Assembly (NCBI GenBank): GCA_905178155.1
Contig: CAJINV010000004.1
Coordinates: forward strand, 8,330,882-8,394,881
DNA from: Amoebophrya sp. A120
Lineage: Eukaryota > Protista > Dinoflagellata
DNA length: 64,000 bases
Direction: 5' to 3'
The translations under genes were made by a program, and so were the position numbers. This document shows, piece after piece, positions 60,401 through 64,000 of the stretch (within the stretch, counting starts at the first letter, position 1; each line of letters opens with the position of its first letter). The notes beneath the pieces are model-generated. The model saw nothing but the letters and a program-made list of their open reading frames with translations, was not told the DNA's origin and did no database searches.

Positions 60401-63289
60401 TTCTGGAATAAACTTGTGATACGACAAAGCGTGAATGTGTTGACTAGGACAGTTTGTTGTAGTCATCGCACAGCCAAGCATGACAAGTTTCTCGAATGCT
60501 CCAAGTATATGCCGGGCGCTCATTAGAAGTTTTCATAGTTATACGTTATTTTTGCATGACAAGAGAAGTCGTGCGCTTTTGAAGATGTAGTCCTCGGTGC
60601 AATGCGAAACAGATTTTCATTTCCAGGACTGTTAGCCAAACATGACAGTTTCCACCTTTCCAGATCCAGACATGTTCTTTGCAGTGGATAGATGGCGCGT
60701 CCCGATGCTTTTCCCTGCTGTCGTCCGGCTGTTTCCAGGTCCTGCTGCACGATCGCATCCGCAGACTGCCACAGGAGACGCTCGGCGATCGGGTGCAGCC
60801 GCTGCTTCCAGGCGGGCAAAATATCACGAGAAAAAACTGTTACAGTTACACATTTTTTGAAGTTTCTGCATCACAAATTTTCTCTGTGTAGCAGAGAAAA
60901 CTTGTAATGCGAAGATCATAAGGGAAAAGAGGAAGGAACCGAGGCTCCCAAGCATTTCCTGCATGAGAAAGGTTGTCTGTGTTGCCGGTCTTACAACACA
61001 ATGCGTAACTGTACTTAACACTTTTTTCTTGCGATACAAAACCGCCGTGCTCCACTCCGCCTCGTCGACGCCGTCGAACAGCGTTTTCTCCTGATTTTCA
61101 AAGAACTCGGCCACCCCGGTCTCCGGGATGGCCCGGGTCCAGAAGCCGTTGGCCAAGTCGCCCGACTGGTGCTTTTCGATGGACTGCAGAAACGCCCACG
61201 CCGTGCCCACGGTGCGTCCCGCCGCCAGGTGTAGGCAGGACGGTTGCGGTGTCGTGTCTGCCTGCCCGCCGAGTAGGGTCGCCGGGTCGCGGACAAAACT
61301 GCAGGTTTCCGCCAGCATTGCCGCAGGTGCGCCGATGGATCCCACCCCGCTGGAAGTCTGGCTGCTTGTGCTTGCTCCAGCATCTCCGAGCTGCAGGGAC
61401 GGCACCGCCACACACGCGAGGATCATAGCTGCGGCACCGGCGCAGGCGCCGACAGCGCCGATTTTTCTGCAGCAGTCGTATCTGCGACGGGCCTCCTCCG
61501 GGACGTCGGTAGACGCCAGGGGCTGGAATATGCATTGCAAATATGTGGTCTGGGTCTGGGAGGATGCGAACTTGTCATGCTAAGTCTGGATCGTACAAGA
61601 ATTTGTGTTGCATGACTACCAAAAGCTGTCCAGTTTTGAACAAGTTTAGAAAAAGACTGTCATGCAGGATAGGCATGATAGGGACGTCGCAGAACCTTTG
61701 ATGCTAGGTCCTGCATTCCAAACCTCATGGTGCACGGAAAATATGCATGAGGAGTTTGCATTCTTCCAGACCCAGACATATTTGCATTTGATATGGAACT
61801 GCATTGCGCGAATACTCGCTGGTGCACCTGCTCCTGCAAGAACCCCAGAGTCGGACGAGCTCGCCAGCTATCAAATGTAAAAATGTCTGGGTCTGGAAGA
61901 ATGCAACTTGTGATGCTGAATTTCGATTCCAGAAAAATCTGTATTGCATGAGCAGCAAAGGGGATGCAATTTTTGCTACGCTGAGAGGGCATTTGTCATG
62001 CGGAATAGGCATCGCGAAGCCCTCAAAAAATCTGTGATGCTAGGGCATGCATCACAGACATCATGGCCAATGCAAAACATGCATGACAAGTCTCAGAATC
62101 TTCCAGACCCAGACACTTTTACATTTGATACCAGCATGCTGTTTGAGCTCCTTCCGAGATGAGCCCCCCGAATTGATGATCCCTGCAGGCCCATCGGCGT
62201 ACTTCTACCGGAGAAAGAAGCTCCTGCGCCCGCGACGCCTTGCGCGGCCCAGGGCTGCTGGCTCTGGAAGAAGTTGTAGGTCGATGCCTGTGCAACTGCA
62301 GGGTCGACCATTAGAGGCGCAGGAGCAATAAATTGTTGACCCGCGGGAAAAGGAACAGAGGAGCCGCGGCCGGAGCGCTTATGAAATGCAAAAGTGTCTG
62401 GGTCTGGAAGAATGCAACTTGTGATGCTGAATTTGGATTCCAAAAACATCTGTATTGCATGAGCAGCAAAGGGAGCGTAATGCTTGCTACGCGGGGAGGG
62501 CATTTGTCATGCGGAATAGGCATCAAGAAGCCCTCAAAAAATATGTGATGCTAGGGCATGCATCACAGACATCATGGCTCATGCAAAATGTGCATGACCA
62601 CAAGTGTCAGAATGTTCCAGACCCAGACATTTTTACATTTGATAACGCTGCAGCGCCAGCAATTCCGCCTGGTTGACATCCAAGCTTGGGGGAGCTACAC
62701 CGAGAAGTTCTCCCGATGATGAGCCAGGCGGCACAGAAACTCCCGCTTGATACATGAAAGCCGGCGCACCTGGTCCGCCCCGGGGGGACGCGGCGACCTG
62801 CATGTTGCCACGGGGAGTGAAATATACATTGCAAATACCTCTGGGTTCTCTGGAAGTGTCTAAGGTTTGTCATGCAAGTTTTCCATGTTGACCCATGCTG
62901 GCTCTGGAATGCAGCATCTAGCATGACAGATTCTTTCAGATCTTCATCATGCCTGTTCTGCATGAGAAACTCCATCTACTCACTGTGGTCAAAAGTGGAC
63001 AACTTTTGGCAATCATGCAACACAGATTTTAGATTTTTGTATCGTCCAGACTATGCATGACAGGTTTCAGCGTTCCAGACCGAGACGTATTTGCAATGCA
63101 TATGAAAGGCGGATCCCGAATCATGCCTGCGGTGATTGAGACGCCGAAAACACCAGGCGGGGCTCCTCCTGCAAGTAGACTAGAGAAATAAATTGTAGCT
63201 GCGACGGGAAACCGAAACCGAAACCGCCGGCAACGGGAAACCGCATTATCAGTTTGCTTACCGCGACTTCCTGCCACTCGTGCCGCCAT
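57435..63289 (-). CDS. Hypothetical membrane-associated protein (at least 13 introns)
   Basis: ATG 63289 with hydrophobic leader; short exons between introners; last exon ...AADG|QEFPVYPAVQAAYHIPVRGWSADEADG* ends at 57435; internal junctions not all traced. Confidence 0.6.
57524..57676. mobile_element. Introner family F
   Basis: TIRs; TSD cccgt/tccgt. Confidence 0.9.
57968..57991. repeat. (ATG)n microsatellite
   Basis: atg x8. Confidence 0.9.
58356..58674. mobile_element. Introner family G
   Basis: TIRs; TSD gcggt. Confidence 0.92.
58712..58925. mobile_element. Introner family D
   Basis: TIRs; TSD tctgg. Confidence 0.92.
58964..59215. mobile_element. Introner family H (singleton TIR tatgagagtacacaattgttcccc)
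   Basis: Imperfect TIR; TSD acctg/aactg; core motif present. Confidence 0.72.
59281..59495. mobile_element. Introner family D
   Basis: TIRs; TSD agtcc. Confidence 0.92.
59547..59890. mobile_element. Introner family C
   Basis: TIRs; TSD gagcg. Confidence 0.92.
60009..60294. mobile_element. Introner family B
   Basis: TIRs; TSD gggcg. Confidence 0.92.
60373..60690. mobile_element. Introner family A (diverged)
   Basis: TIRs; TSD gctag/gatgg. Confidence 0.75.
60822..61036. mobile_element. Introner family D
   Basis: TIRs; TSD caaaa. Confidence 0.92.
61529..61793. mobile_element. Introner family A
   Basis: TIRs; TSD tggaa. Confidence 0.92.
61869..62130. mobile_element. Introner family A
   Basis: TIRs; TSD ccagc. 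Confidence 0.92.
62380..62644. mobile_element. Introner family A
   Basis: TIRs; TSD gcgct/acgct. Confidence 0.9.
62823..63102. mobile_element. Introner family A
   Basis: TIRs; TSD tgaaa. Confidence 0.9.
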
Positions 63290-63949
63290 CTTGATCTTGT
63301 TTCCACCAACGACCTTGGGAAGTTGTAGGGGTACAGGCTGATCGGACGAGCAAATCAAACAGACGACAAGCTTTTCAAGAAGAGCTGCAACTAGCACCGA
63401 GACGATGAACGATTTGCTGTGCTGGCGTTCTTTTTTATCCAGGATAGAAAGAAGAACTCGGGTTTCGCTGTCCACTTGTAGTACTTCTATGTGTTTATAA
63501 TTCTGCACTCTGTGATATAGAAGGATTTTGAGTTTTTAATATTGCCAGATATTAGAACTTACTGTTCGCGCGAAACAAACGGCAAGAAGGACTCCACAAA
63601 CATACGGGGAGGATGTACATAGCTGTGCCAAGAAACCAAACGAGAACTACAACAAAAAAAGCAAAGAAAATCAGGAAACCACCAACAAACAAACGGAACA
63701 GGGAAAATATCTGTCATGCGCAACAATCAATGCATCAAAATCGAGCGTCGTACCGATCCCCGATGGTTATTTTCAGCAATAAGTAGCACAACAAGTATTT
63801 CTTATTCTTTCTTAGCATGCCAGACATAAACTCCATCATATGCAAAATGTGCAAAAGCGTTGTGCTGATCGTGTTTTTGTTTTTCGCTCCTGGCGGTTAC
63901 CACCACGAACTGCAGTGCCAGCTGCTGCTGTGTCGTAAATTAGATGTAG

Positions 63950-63989
63950 AACAGTGGAGCACGTACGAAAAACAGTGGAGCACGTACGA
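63950..63989. repeat. 19-bp direct repeat x2
   Basis: aacagtggagcacgtacga at 63950 and 63971. Confidence 0.8.
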
Positions 63990-64000
63990 GAAGCGCTGCA

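Noticed and set aside
1508-63102. Recurrent peptides PDPDIFAF / CKYVWVWK / QICLGLE / FQTQT in the ORF track as a repeat-protein family
   Set aside because: They are translations of the family A TIR in all six frames, not proteins.
1-64000. rRNA, tRNA or spliced-leader RNA genes
   Set aside because: None recognised by eye; a tRNAscan/Infernal run would be needed to exclude them.

Overview
Eukaryotic genomic DNA, most consistent with the parasitic dinoflagellate Amoebophrya (inferred from architecture, not a database hit). About nine genes lie on the minus strand. They are interrupted by about 74 short (about 150-360 bp) MITE-like 'introner' elements from at least 8 TIR families. Intact copies start TAT, end ATA, carry a 5-bp target-site duplication (TSD) and share an internal TTGT(C/G/A)ATGC motif. 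Removing an element plus one TSD copy restores the reading frame at every clear junction I translated by hand, with no GT-AG consensus and regardless of element orientation. Spliced this way, the window encodes a class-3/DAG-lipase-like enzyme, a PH-domain protein, a TPT/SLC35 (DMT) transporter, several hypothetical proteins and a roughly 1,230-aa protein ending in a CenH3-like histone H3 fold that the ORF track cannot show. Other oddities: a 2.2-kb insert carrying an internal copy of its own empty target site, a LINE-like fragment nested in an introner, an introner-free island of F-box-like paralogues with a canonical GT-AG intron, and a GTGTCAAGATAT motif array. No transposase was found in the window.
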